Shown here: positions 12,501-24,687 of the stretch, in pieces | Position numbering within the stretch: position 1 is the stretch's first letter | How the letters are laid out: every line of letters begins with the position of its first letter | Source of the DNA: Centroscyllium fabricii | Lineage: Eukaryota | Length of the DNA: 64,000 nucleotides | Direction of reading: 5' to 3' | NCBI GenBank assembly: GCA_051313645.2 | Contig: JBNRSN020000003.1 | Span: 506,230,001 to 506,294,000, forward strand | Program-made: the position numbers and the translations under genes | Notes under the pieces: generated by a model | Told to the model about the DNA's origin: nothing | Databases searched by the model: none | What the model saw: the letters and a program-made list of their open reading frames with translations, nothing else

Positions 12501-13648
12501 CAGATTAATTTTCTCCAACCATGGCCGGCCCATCAGGGATGGATAGTCACCCTTGACCACGTAAACTGGCAGCATCACGCTTTGTCCATTAAGCTCCACC
12601 TTGACCTCTGTCTTCCCCAGCACTGGGACTGTTTCCCCAGTGTAGGTCTTTAAGATGAGCTTGGCCGGCGTCAGTGATAGGTGGTTCGGTTTCTTTTTGA
12701 ATAGCTTCTCTGAAAATCAAGGAGACAGCGGCCCCCATATCCAGCTCCATTTTGATCGGTATTCCCTCTAGTAGTGGAGTGACTCCATAGCCTGATGAGC
12801 CTCCATTCACAATTAACACATGGAGATCAGGCTCCCCATCAGAGTCTGTGTCACTGTCTTCCTGTTCTTGTTTCACCATGTGTAGGTTTTTCTTTTTAGA
12901 ACGTCAGTTGGATGTGTTTCCTCGTTTGTTTTTGTGTGTCTCTGTGTAGGATTGTTTGCTTTGCCCATTACATGCACGTTCAAGGTGTCCTTTCTTTTCA
13001 CATTTCTGACAGCTCAGGTCTTTACACCAGCAGGCAGATGGCTAATGACCTGACCTTCCACATCTGTAACACTCTGGCGCCCCTTTCATGCTTACCCTAG
13101 CTGCTACCCTATGCACTCTTGTTGCAGCCCCCAACAGCTGTACATATTTAGCTGCTAACTCCATAGACACAGTGAGCTCCATTGCTGATTTAAGCATCAG
13201 TTTGTCAGCCGTGAGCAAGCGCCTCTGTGTTGCTTCACATCTTAATCCACACACAAACCGATCACGGACAGTGTCACTTAGAGTTTCACCAAACTCACAA
13301 TGCTCAGTTAGCTTCTTTAGCACTGCAACATATTTGACTATGGACTCACCCTCCCCTTGGTTTCGTTTGTGAAACCTGAACCTCTTGGCAATCAGCAGTG
13401 CCTTGGGTGCGAAATGTGTTTCCAAAACTTCCGCAATCTGATCATATGTCTTAGTGCCGGGCTTATCCGGGTGCATCAAACTCCGTAACAAGCCAAATGT
13501 TTTTGCTCCAATCACACTGAGGAAAGTCGCCACTTTCATGTCATCTTTAATGCCATTTGCAGTCACAAAAAACCGAAACGCTCTGTATAAGCACTCCATT
13601 GCTCCGCCATTTCATCAAATGGTCCAAATGCTCCGGTTAGAATAGCCA
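9584..13648 (-). pseudogene. Gypsy gag-pol, broken by frameshifts and stops
   Basis: Gag with CYRCGRSGH knuckle, protease LD(M)GA, RT YLDD, RNase H ACDASPYG, integrase HSGHCG..C..C and IHLDFAGP, in order across several ORFs. Confidence 0.9.
10375..10538 (+). mobile_element. CR1 3' tail inserted into the Gypsy integrase
   Basis: Same 3' UTR stem-loop and (TTCTATGT)n tail as the CR1 at 3110. Confidence 0.85.
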
Positions 13649-14371
13649 TTTAAAAAAAATAAAAAATTATAATCAGTCCTTTTTCTCCACTTCATTTCAC
13701 TATCGTTACTCTCCCCCTTTTTATTTGTGTAACACACGAACTGCCACCTTTATGAGGTGATTGCATCAGCACTAAACTGCTTACTTTAAACATCGCCAAT
13801 TCCAGTGCAAAGTGATGCGCACGTCCGTTGTCCTCGTTGCCAGTTTTGTTGTGTCCCAAGGGGTTTTATACCCTTATCTATATAACAATTAAGAAGGACT
13901 CTGGGGTGGAGACTTTAGTTAACCTCCATTTTATTTACAATGTGCTTCTTAAACTCAAGGCACTACATTTCCCATAGTGCCTTGCAAATCACCACTATGG
14001 TATCCCATATGGGACAATTCTAATACACATTCAAAATACACAACAAGAGCCCAGCCGTGGAGAGGTCACAATGAAAACTTGCAACTGGGCCAGATCACTT
14101 ACCTCAGACTCTAGAACACAAACTTCCAGCACTAAGTCGTGCGCAATAGATCTTTGAATAAAAATATAAGCGACTAAATGAGCCTACCTAAATTGGTTTA
14201 ATCCTTTCTGTAGCACTTTAACTGGGAGGATCTTGCATTTGAAAGTTACAACTAAACTTGTTTTTAATCAATAGGAAGTCTCGAAGACTATTAAAATTGG
14301 CAAATCATTTTTATAAAAACCACGATCCTTCTGGTTTGCCTCCCTTCCAAAACATAATCACGCAACAGTGC

Positions 14372-14680
14372 AAAATACAGTGCTGAGGGAGTGCTGCATT
14401 GTTTGAGATGCCATCCTTTGGGTGAGGCATTAAATCAAGGTCCCACCTGCCTTGTCTGATGGAAGATCCCGTGGCGCAACTTTAAAGAGCAAATAGCTCT
14501 CCCTGAACAAAACAACCAGAAGCAGATTAACTGGTTATTCGTCTCACTGCTGGCTGTAGGATCCTGCGGTGCTCAAAATTGCTGTTGCATCTGGCCACGT
14601 ATCAATTGTGACTGCATTCCCAAGTCATTCACTATATGTGACGCACTTTGAAGCATTTTTTTGGACAGACCCAAGATGCT
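14372..14680 (+). mobile_element. Old DeuSINE (SacSINE1/AmnSINE1-like) fragment
   Basis: Resembles the recalled Deu-domain consensus (cagtgctgagggagtgctgcattgt..gatcccgtggc..cagattaactggttatt..actgctg). Confidence 0.55.
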
Positions 14681-14974
14681 TCAAAAAGCTTTTCTTTTCA
14701 TTTCGAGCAAGTGGTTGTTTAAAAAATGTCCTTAAAAATACCCCTTCCATGCTCCAGAGGTCCTACCATCAAAGTCAATTACATTCTAAAAAAAGATGAC
14801 ATTGTAGCAAAGTCAGTGTTGCAGTAGAAGTTGTGTGACTATCATAAGTACACAAAAGGAAACAACCCCCACCCACATACACACACAACCTTGTCAGCCA
14901 GTTTATTAAAGAAACACTCAGGAGAAATATCATGAATCCAGGTCATGAGGCCGAGCTGGTGCAGAGACTGCATT

Positions 14975-16690
14975 CATAAGAACATAAGAAATAGGAGCAG
15001 GAGTCGGCCAATCGGCCCCTCGAGCCTGCTCCGCCATTCAATAAGATCATGGCTGATCTGATCCTAACCTCAATTTTATTTTTACTCTCCACCCCGCCCA
15101 GACCAATGTGATCACCTGGGAGAGGTGAAAAACCAGACATGGCCGATCTGAACCTAGCCTCACGTCCACTTACCAGCCCGTTCACCATAACCCCTAATTC
15201 CCTTTAATTCCAGGAAACTGTCTATCTCAGTTTTAAATTTATTCAACGTAGTAGCTTCTACAGCTCTCTGGGGCAGCAAATTCCACAGCCGCACCACCCT
15301 CCGAGTAAAGAAGTTCCCCCTCATCTCAGTTTTGAAATGGGAGCCCCTTATTTTAAGATTATGCCCCCTAGTCCTAGTCTCACCCACCGTTGGGAACATC
15401 CTCACCGCATCCACCCGATCAAGCCCTCTCACAATCTTATATATTTCAATAAGATCGCCTCTCATTCTTCTGAACTCCAATGAGTAGAGGCCCAATCCAC
15501 TCAGCCTCTCGTCATATGTTAGCCCCCTCATCCCCGGAATTAACCTAGTGAATCTTCTCTGCACTGCCTCGAGAGCAAGTATGTCCTTTCTTAAATAGGG
15601 ACACCAGAACTGCACGCAGTATTCCAGGTGTGGTCTCACCAATACCCTGTACAACTGCAACAAGACCTCCCTGCTTTTATACTCAATCCCCTTAGCAATA
15701 AAAGCCAACATTCCGTTGGCCTTCCTTACCACCTGCTGCACCTGCATATTAACTTTCTGTGTCCCCTGCACCAGGACCCCCAGATCCCTTTGCACTGAAG
15801 TACTTTCCAGTTCCTTTCCATTTAGATAATAACTCGCTCTATTATTTTTCCTGCCAAAGTGCATAACTTCACATTTTCCAGTATTATACTCCATCTGCCA
15901 AATCTCTGCCCACTCACTTAGCCTATCTATGTCCTTTTGCAGGTTTTTAATGTCCTCCTCATTTTTCACCCTCCCTCCCATTTTTGTGTCATCCGCAAAC
16001 TTTGATATGTTGCACTTGGTCCCTTCTTCCAAATCGTTAATATAGATTGTAAAGAGTTGGGGTCCCAGCACTGACCCTTGCGGAACACCACTAGTGACTG
16101 ACTGCCAGTCTGAGAACGAACCATTTATCCCAACTCTCTGTTTTCTGTTAGAAAGCCAATCCTCCACCCATGCCAAAATATTACCCCCAACCCCAAGATT
16201 TTTTATCTTGAGTAATAATCTTCTGTGGGGCACCTTGTCAAATGCCTTTTGGAAGTCCAAATACACCACATCCACTGGTTCCCCTTTATCCACCCTATAT
16301 GTTATGTCCTCAAAGAACTCTAGCAAATTTGTCAAACATGACTTCCCCTTTGTAAAACCATGCTGACTTTGTCCTATTAAATGGTGTTTATCCAAATGCC
16401 CTGTTACTGTTTCCTTAATAATAGATTCTAACATTTTGCCAACCACAGATGTTAGGCTAACTGGTCTATAATTTCCAGCCTTCTGTCTATTACCCTTTTT
16501 AAATAAGGGCGTTACGTTAGCAGTTTTCCAATCTGCCGGAACCTTTGCCGAGTCCAGTGAGTTTTGAAAAATTATTACCAACGCATCCACAATCCCTACC
16601 GCCACTTCCTTCAAGACCCTAGGATGTAAGCCATCAGGTCCAGGGGATTTATCCTCAAGTCCCATAATTTTCCCAAGTACCACCTCCTTA
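14975..16690 (-). mobile_element. CR1 LINE, 5'-truncated, young
   Basis: Uninterrupted RT ORF, 3' UTR stem-loop, (TTCTTATG)n tail. Confidence 0.93.
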
Positions 16691-16710
16691 GTTTGTTGTG
16701 CAAGTTGCAC
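15160..16710 (-). CDS. CR1 ORF2 reverse transcriptase (truncated; ORF start lies in the flank)
   Basis: KSPGPDG, NYRPVSLTS, YLDFQKAFDKV, GVPQGSVLGP, FADD. Confidence 0.9.
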   Translation of the reverse strand: MQLAQQTKEVVLGKIMGLEDKSPGPDGLHPRVLKEVAVGIVDALVIIFQNSLDSAKVPADWKTANVTPLFKKGNRQKAGNYRPVSLTSVVGKMLESIIKETVTGHLDKHHLIGQSQHGFTKGKSCLTNLLEFFEDITYRVDKGEPVDVVYLDFQKAFDKVPHRRLLLKIKNLGVGGNILAWVEDWLSNRKQRVGINGSFSDWQSVTSGVPQGSVLGPQLFTIYINDLEEGTKCNISKFADDTKMGGRVKNEEDIKNLQKDIDRLSEWAEIWQMEYNTGKCEVMHFGRKNNRASYYLNGKELESTSVQRDLGVLVQGTQKVNMQVQQVVRKANGMLAFIAKGIEYKSREVLLQLYRVLVRPHLEYCVQFWCPYLRKDILALEAVQRRFTRLIPGMRGLTYDERLSGLGLYSLEFRRMRGDLIEIYKIVRGLDRVDAVRMFPTVGETRTRGHNLKIRGSHFKTEMRGNFFTRRVVRLWNLLPQRAVEATTLNKFKTEIDSFLELKGIRGYGERAGKWT

Positions 16711-16894
16711 ATGCCTTCTACCTCAAGTCGCTAACACAGGCCTACAGACCAACAGTTTGGTTGCTCTTTATGGAAGCTGAAAAGAGATCAAATAGCTGTC
16801 ATCTGAGAGTCACGTAAAATACATTGCAAAATTCAGTAGAGATACATCCATATTTGCTCTGCATCATCCATAATCAAGTGCTTACTTCAGAGGT

Positions 16895-18505
16895 AAGAAG
16901 TCACACAACATCAGGTTATAGTCCAACAGTTTTAGTTGAAATCACAAGCTTTCGGAGCGCTGCTCCTTCATCAGGTGTAATAGAGATGCATATAGGCACA
17001 GCATATATAGTCGGAGAACAATGTAATCTTTCAATAAAGACTACACGATAACATAAACAAGTTCCATCGCACCATCAAACTCACCATGGACTACTCCCCA
17101 GAATCGTTTTCATTCTTGGACACACAAATTTCCATCAAAGACGGACACCTCAGCACTTCACTCTACCGCAAGCCCACTGACAACCTCACGATGCTCCACT
17201 ACTCCAGCTTCCACCCGAACCACGTTAAAGAAGCCATCCCCTATGGACAAGTCCTGCAAATACACAGGGTCTGCTCAGACGAGGAGGAACGCGATGGACA
17301 CCTACAGACACTGAAAGATGCCCTTGTAAGACGGGATATGACACTCGACTCATCGATCGACAGTTCAGACGGGCCACAGCGAAAAATCGCATAGACCTCC
17401 TCAGAAGACGAACACGGGACACAACCAACAGAGTACCCTTTGCCGTCCAGTACTTCCCCGGAGCGGAGAAACTACGCCATGTTCTTCGCAGCCTTCAACA
17501 TGTCATGATGACAAACACCTCGCTAAGGCCATCCCCATGCCTCCACTACTCGCCTTCAAACAGCTGCCTAACCTCAAACAGACCATCGTTCGCAGCAAAT
17601 TACCCAGCTTTCACGAGAACAGCGACCACGACACCACGCAACCCTGCCATTGCAACCTCTGCAAGACGTGCCAGATCATCAGCACAGATACCATCATCAC
17701 ACGTGAGGACACCACACACCAGGTATATGGTACATGCTCATGTGACTCGGCCAATGTTGTCTACCTCATACGTTGCAGGAAAGGATGCCCCGGAGCATGG
17801 TACATCGGCGAGACCATGCAGACACTACGACAACGGATGAACGGACACTGCACAACAATCGCCAGGCAGGAGTGCTCCCTCCCAGTCGGGGAACACTTCA
17901 GCAGTCAAGGACATTCAGCCTCTGATCTTCGGGTAAGCATTCTCCAAGGCGGCCTTCGAGACACACGACAACGCAAAATCGAACAGAAACTGATAGCCAA
18001 GTTCCGCACTCATGAGCATGGCTTCTTGTCACGCTACATGTAACCCCACCTGACGTAGAGTCATCCAGACTCAAGTCGTTTTTGGCTTGTCCTCACTACA
18101 CAGATGCGGCTGTACCGGCTGCGATTTCCAGCAAGAAAAATCTTCTTTTTTTTTTTTTATTGTTCTGTGTTGGTTTTCACACAGACCCCAGACTGTGCAA
18201 CATTTGACCCTTTGTGACTCCACTTCATTGTTCTTCGGATGGTGCCTGCCTGACTGACCTGATTGAACACCATTCACACCTTTGATTGCTATGAATGTCT
18301 CTCTGCCGAGGTGTGAAGGGCAGTTGGAAAGATTACATTGTTCTCCGACTATATATGCTGTGTTTAAATGCCTCTCTATTACACCTCATGAAGGAGCAAC
18401 GCTCCAAAAGCTTGTGATTTCAAATAAAACTGTTGGACTATAACCTGGTGTTGTGTGACTTCTTACATTTGTCCATCCCAGTCCAAGTCCGGCACCTCCA
18501 CATCA
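16895..18505 (+). mobile_element. Penelope family A element, 5'-truncated, with an inverted 5' pLTR
   Basis: RT thumb (FLDTQI..LYRKPTD..YSSFHP) and GIY-YIG (NVVYLIRCRKGCPGAWYIGET), frameshifted. 16895-~17035 is the inverse of the 3' pLTR. 13-bp TSD TTACTTCAGAGGT. Confidence 0.9.
16943..16977 (-). ncRNA. Minimal hammerhead ribozyme (Penelope family A)
   Basis: Minus strand reads CAC-CTGATGA-A-GGAGC-agc-GCTCC-GAAA-GCTT-GTG; consensus core. Confidence 0.8.
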
Positions 18506-18564
18506 TTACTTCAGAGGTTAATGGCTATCCAGCACTCTTTTCAAACTAGTACTAAAGCTGCTTA

Positions 18565-19128
18565 AGGCCCTGTCACACCTAGACGTTTTAGCCAGCCTAT
18601 GCAAATGAGGCTAAAACGCTGAACTTTCGACACTTTGTTCAATTTTTGGAGTATTGGACGTATGCATAACGTATGCGTAACGTATTAGTAACGTACACAG
18701 AGCGTATCAATAACGAATGCTTAGCGTTCACAACTTATGCCCAACGATAGTCTAACGTATGCATAGCGCGCGGCAGCGTATCGCCGACGTTTTAGATAAA
18801 TTTAGAAAAAATTGGAAAACGCTAGCTTTAAATCGTCAAGGTGTGACAGGGCATGACAGGGGCAAGGTAATGTGTGTTTAACGATCGCCTAACGTGCCTA
18901 CAACGTATGTCCAGCGTATGCGGAACGTATAAATCGTAACATTTATACGTCGTGATTTTTTGTGCATGCACAAAAAATCACGACTTATACGACTTATACA
19001 ACTTATGGCCAGCGTATGCCAGCGTGCTCTTAACGTATGCATAACGTACCCATAACTTGTCCAACGTATACCAGCGTATCGGCCAAATTTGCATACGCAA
19101 GCTAAAACGTCAAGGTGTGACAGGGCCT
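18565..19128. mobile_element. PIF/Harbinger-type MITE, CpG-rich
   Basis: ~30-bp TIR AGGCCCTGTCACACCT(A/T)GACGTTTTAGC; 3-bp TSD TTA on both sides. Confidence 0.85.
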
Positions 19129-19652
19129 TTACCAGCAAATTGGAGTATCACCGCTGCTCTTTAAGGCAATACCTTTTATTAACAGAACAGGTTTTTTAAA
19201 CTAAAAAAAGACAAAAGCTTGACATTACATTAACACTCTCTCATGACTGCAAGCTTTTATAGGTCCCTCCCATGAGATGTCTGGCACTGAAGATGAGCAC
19301 AAACTCTTTGTAATTAAATATGCGAGTATAAGAAACTGTTGCCTGGTTCTGTATGTTCTCTACCTAGAGAGAAAATGTGAACAATCGATGACATTCAAAC
19401 AGAAACAAGAGCAGACCTCACACTGGAATGAGAAGTTTCCATTCTCACCTTTGCCTCCGCCAGGTGCTGGTTAAATGTCTTGTTTCATCACAAGGCTGGT
19501 GAGCCTCTTTTCTATATGGTGTGTCAAGATTCTACAACTGAACATTCAGCATTAGACAGGCAGTGAACATCACTCCAGTGAATGCAGGGTTTTCAACAGT
19601 TTGCAAAGACAACTTTTACGCTAATTAATTTGGTTATCATTACTCAACATAA

Positions 19653-20200
19653 AGGCCCGTATTTTCCGATCGGAGGCTTCCTGCGTGCGGAGGCCTCCAA
19701 CCTGGGAAAAATCTACGCCCTTACCCGAGGGCTCCGGAAGTCCAGATATTTCTGCTCCTGGGCCTCTGCTCTACGAAATGCGCAGGGCCCAGGTATCCCA
19801 GGGGCGCAGGCGGTTCAGAAGCGTCCCTGGGATCACGTGGGCCATGGGGAACCAATCAAAGAAGGGAATCGCCCTTCACACTTTTGACAGCTTAGATCTG
19901 TCAAATATATGAATGGAGATCACTACAGAAAACACATCAAAACATTCATTTTTTTTTAAATCACATTTTTAAAATTAGTTAAAATTACATTTTAAACAAA
20001 AATGTAATCTTTTGGAAAAAAAATTAAAGTTTTTTACGGGGCTAAAAATAAACTTACCTTTTCTAAAAGTATTTGAAAATTATGAATGAGTGAAAAAAAA
20101 ATTTTTTTTTTAAACTTTTTTTAAACACTTATGCTGGTAAAAGCAGGCCTTATGCCTGCTTTTACCAGGCGTAAGAATTTTGAAGGTTTTCTGTGGGCAG
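19653..20200. mobile_element. Non-autonomous DNA transposon fragment
   Basis: Starts AGGCCCGTATTTTC. Shares TGGGATCACGTGGG..CCAATCA with the 24688 element. Right end not found. Confidence 0.45.
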
Positions 20201-20448
20201 AGGTTCTCCAGAAAGCGAAACCAGTGAAACTCAAGTACAATTAATGCACGATACCTTTCTGGATTAATTATACACAAGCGAAAGCCCCTGCACAAGAGTC
20301 CAATTAGAAAGTGAAATAAACCAGCTATGCACCACTGCTGTATCAGATTCTGCAATGATGTATATAGTCTGAAATGGATAAAATATTTTGTTTGCTGAGA
20401 ATGGAGAGAGCAAACTTTTGAAACTAAACTTTTTGCACTAATGTTTTA

Positions 20449-21198
20449 GGGGGGGAAATTTGGTTGCTTGCGCCTGCCGTTAGCGCCCTAAGAGGGCTGC
20501 TAATTGGGCGCAAGGTACTTAGCGCCTGGGCTGGCGCCTCCCGTGATATTCAGTGGGGTGCTGGCGGGGGTGGTAATCGGTAGCGCCCCGTGGTGCTGCG
20601 CCACCACCGATGACGTCATCGCAGTGCGCAGCGCCCTGCTCACGCCCCGGCTGCAAATTTCAGTCGCGCCTGCTGCCGTGCCGCCGGACGCGGTTACTGA
20701 CAGGGTCAGGGGGGCGTACTTGCAGCAGGGAGAGCGATATTTAAAGGGAGGGGTGGCGGGCAGCCATTTTTCTTGCTGGCACCTGCCCCCTCTGCTGTCC
20801 CCGGCCTTCCCCGATGTCCCCCGCGGAGTGCTGGCTGTGCTCCGTGAGCCCGACTCTTCCCTCGAGAGCCGGGCTCCTTTGGCGGCATTGCGATCCCCGG
20901 CAGTCCAACGGGGCTCCGGCCCGAGCCGTGCTCGGCCACTCCCCTTTAATCACGGGAGGAAGGCCTGCAGTACCGCAGTGCGGCACTCTGCAGAGCGTGG
21001 AGCAGCGACCCACAGCGCCCGAAATTGAGTGGTAGCGTCTAAAGAACGAGGTGGGGCGCCCGCAGTAGCGTCCCATCTCCTACTTGGGGGCGCTAAAACC
21101 CAATTTCAGGAGGAGCGGCGCTAACATTTTCGGGGCGCTAAAAGGAGCGCAAATCCGAGTTTAGCGCCCCAAACGGGGCGCAACCCAATTTTTCCCCC
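20449..21198. mobile_element. GC-rich MITE (Harbinger-like termini)
   Basis: GGGGGAAATTTGGTTGC..GCAACCCAATTTTTCCCCC termini. TAGCGCCC motifs near both ends in inverted orientation. Confidence 0.75.
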
Positions 21199-22010
21199 AT
21201 TGTACTTTACAGCACCCTGTGGAACCTTATCCTGCAAGAGTTGGCACCTTCAAGAGAGGAGAAATTAGGTAAAGAGGGGAGGCGGGGAAATACTACAAAA
21301 GGTACCACAAAACATTCAGAGCTTGCAATGTAATATTATTTGGCTTAGGTTTGTTACATTTAATTACACACATTAATTTTACAGGGCTCTTGGCATATAT
21401 CCAAAATAAACTTATTTAGGACCAACCTACGACAATTTAAAATCTAATAAACTTGCTGCTAGAAAGGAATGGTGTTCTTTTGCAAGGGAGTGCAGAATCC
21501 ATTTATTTCATAGCCTCCAAACACATAGATTTGTACCACCACCTTCACTACATCATTGCTCAGTTAACCAGCTCTGGAGTCAATGTTTGAGAACTGTAAG
21601 TGCCAGGCTGTAATTCATAAGAGTAATTAGTTTATTCCAGAAGACATTAGCAGTTATCGTGTTCACATTAGCCAGCGTAAAATGCCCATGTTAATTTAAT
21701 GCTGTTGATGAAAACAGTAATTGGTGTCACTTTTTAAAAAAGCTATCCGGGCTTTCTGCCACAGTCAAGTTCAATTTAGGTTCAATGATTCCGAGTTGTC
21801 AGAATTAGTCTGGGTAGAAGCAACCAAACAAGTTCAGTGACCAGCTCAGCTTTCTCACTGATACACAACAAGGTTGTTAACACCATTACTGAACTGGTTC
21901 AGGCTCCCATAGATCAGGCAACGGCCTTTATTCTCCTTGAATAAAAACAGAAAATGCTGGAGAAACTCAGCAGGTCAGGCAGCATCTGTGAAGAGAGAAA
22001 CAGAGTTAAT

Positions 22011-22788
22011 GGGGATGATTTCGCCGGAAGGGCGGGAAACTGGCAGGGATTGGTCTGGGCCGCTTCCGGTCCGGCCTGCCCAAACAGCTGGGAAGGCCAC
22101 ACAATTTTAATTTCATTAGATTGTTAAATCCACGCCGGCGGCAGCGGGAGGTAATTACCTCAATCGAGTCAGGCTGCAACGGGGCTGCGAGGAGTTTGAT
22201 TGACAGTTCCAGCACTGGTTGTTGACAGTTCCCATGGAAACACTCCACTGTGACATCACAGTCGAGTGGAACCAATGGGAAAGGTCAAGTGCTGGTGACT
22301 TGACAGGTGGGCGGGCGGGCTCAGAATCCTTGACAGCTCGGCACGGCTGTGAGCAAATGTTCAGAGCGGAGTTTTCTCAGTTTTTGCTCACAGCTGGTGC
22401 AGACAGAATGGAGTAACTTACTCCTCTAAGATGCTGGAGGCATGGCAAGCATTTGGCAGCATGTCCTTCACACCTTGAAGGAGAAAGTGATAACCAGCGT
22501 TGTGCTCCCGCTGGGTTTCACCCAGCGGGGTTTAAGGTGACGGGGTTAGGGCGGGAAACAGGGCAAAATGGCTGAGGGCCCTTAAAATGGCATTAAAAAT
22601 GCCAATTAAGGGCCCTTAACGAGGTGACAACCCATCCCCACCAGCTGGCGGAGGAAAGGTTTCGGGGCGGGGAATCTGGGCGGGGGAAAATGAAAAAGCG
22701 GTGGGGATAGGCGGGACCCGCAGCTCCCGCTATTTTGCTGGCCGGGCCGCCCAAAACCCCGCCTCACGGCCAGATGAAATTCACCCCC
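22011..22788 (+). mobile_element. Harbinger-like non-autonomous element, family M copy 1
   Basis: GGGGATGATTTC..GAAATTCACCCCC termini; 3-bp TSD AAT; homologous to the copies at 29581 and 32581. Confidence 0.85.
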
Positions 22789-22816
22789 AATGTTTCAGGT
22801 CGATGACCCTTTTTCC

Positions 22817-22853
22817 AGTTCTGACGAAAGGTCATCGACCTGAAACGTTAACT
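22817..22853 (+). ncRNA. Minimal hammerhead ribozyme (Penelope family B)
   Basis: AGTT-CTGACGA-AGGTC-atc-GACCT-GAAA-CGTT-AACT (one extra A before stem II). Confidence 0.8.
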
Positions 22854-24687
22854 CATTTCTCTCTTCACAGATGCTGCCTGACCTGCTGAGTGTCTCCAGC
22901 ATTTTCTGTTTTTATTTCAGATTTCCAGCATCTGCAGTATTTTCTTCTTGCCTTTTAGGCAACCAAGTTCAGAAGACACGTCCTATCTTTTTGGGGCCAT
23001 TGAACCTGGGTCCATCACTAGAGATAAAACAAAACTACCCTGTATCTTGGAAGGATACAGAAGACAATTCTGGTTCTGAAGAAGAGTCTACACCTAAAAC
23101 GCCAGTCTGTTCTCTCCACGGAATTTGCCTGGCCTGCCTGCTGAGTGTTTCCAGCATTTTCCGTTTTTGTTACTAATTACTTTTATGAAAAGATTGCTGT
23201 ATTACAGCCGGGCATTTGCAGTCTCTCAAATTGGCTCTAGAGTTGGTTAAATGAGGGACAGGGTAGTGGAGGTGATGATGCAAATACTGTGCTTCAAGTC
23301 ACTGTTTACCACATTACGTTCTCCACATTGAGAGTATTAAAAGTGTTAATTATTAAAATGAAAGTTTTGTTTAGGAATGTCTCAAGAATTTAGTAGTTCT
23401 TAATAAAACTTTGGACGTTTTTCTTCCAGTTCTCTGTAAAATGAACAAGCTTACAACAGTAGCAACTCTAGCCCTGCTCAGGTGAGCAAATGGGGCAGCA
23501 CTGATCCAGTTCATTCGAAATGCTGCTGCCCAGCAAGGTCAAGACCTGCGCTACCTTCTATACACTAGTTGCTGCAATTATCGAAGAGAGTGCTGTCCAG
23601 GGCTCAATGAATATACAGTGGCAGTGTGCAGTTTCAGTGGGGTTAGTGGGATAACTAATTCCATGCTATTCCTATATTCAATACTTTGGTATAAGAGGCA
23701 TGAGGTGTATTTTTTTTTAAAGCAAGGTTTACTCTAGAATAAAGTATTCAGTACAAGCAGAACCTGAAAAACCAAGTAAAGGTAGTAAAAATGTGTCATT
23801 TACACACCTGGCTTCCAGTTCACAAAGACAAACTCTCACACCCTATTGCTATTTACATCACTGACAGCATTGTGTCAGTACTGCCTGCCTCATAGGAAAT
23901 ACTAACCCCTTTCGGCAGGCTACATTCCTCACTGTTTTTAACAGCACGTTTGCACAGATATGGCTTCCTCCTAATGTAAACACAGCACAGACCACCAATT
24001 CAAAATCGGACAACACCAAGTTTATTGTAACATTCAACGGTTCTGTGCGACTTTTTTTTAAAAATTTTTTTAAAGTTAAGCATGAATATACAGTTTGAGT
24101 TATTTAACAGCAAACTGCATGTCATTAATCGAAAGGACGTCCAAATAGACCAAGCTGAAGCAGTGCTTTCAAACATGGCCTTTCGTTCCTTCGTGTCTGC
24201 ACTGTTCCTCCTCCTTGGGCCAGATTTCTTTTCAGCTTTAACAGATGTCAATACAATGTGGGTACACAGACTGCAATGTATTATCACAGGTAAATGACAC
24301 AACATATAAATTCAATAACATGTCAAGTTGGAGTGTGTCACAAAGCTTCAGCATTACTGAATACAAGCATGAAACTCATTCCTTATCAATGTTAAAACCA
24401 AGTTCCAAAACACATCAATTATAATTTACTCCAACTACTTTACTTTAAACAATATGGAAGAGTTAGACTGTTTTTATAGTTATGAGTTTAGTGCTTTCAA
24501 GTCAGTTCCAGCGGAATTGATCACTATTGTTTGCCATAATGGATTTGTCAAGAAAGTAGAATTCATGATGTTATGTGCCAAGGCGAAGAAGCAGATGGCA
24601 GGGACAACAGCTTTTATGAAGAAATCCCTTGATATATGATGGGTGAGATGCATCTCAAGGGCTTTCACTTACAAATCAAAATATATT

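Larger units (their letters stand above)
8433..14045 (-). mobile_element. Ty3/Gypsy LTR retrotransposon (Mag-like), full-length but decayed
   Basis: 5' LTR 13847-14045; 3' LTR 8433-9448 (contains a MITE); TSD AGAGC; PBS TGGCAACGAGGA (tRNA-Ser-like); PPT AAAGGGGAGGAA. Confidence 0.92.
21941..22945. mobile_element. Fold-back Penelope family B pLTR pair, interrupted by a MITE
   Basis: The inverted arm (21941-22010 plus 22792-22810) faces the forward pLTR at 22815-22945. Confidence 0.75.

Noticed and set aside
20504-21076. Overlapping 100-170 aa ORFs
   Set aside because: A by-product of the GC-rich MITE; no domain motifs.
24000-24668. Short ORFs in unique-looking sequence
   Set aside because: No recognisable protein and no consistent splice pair.
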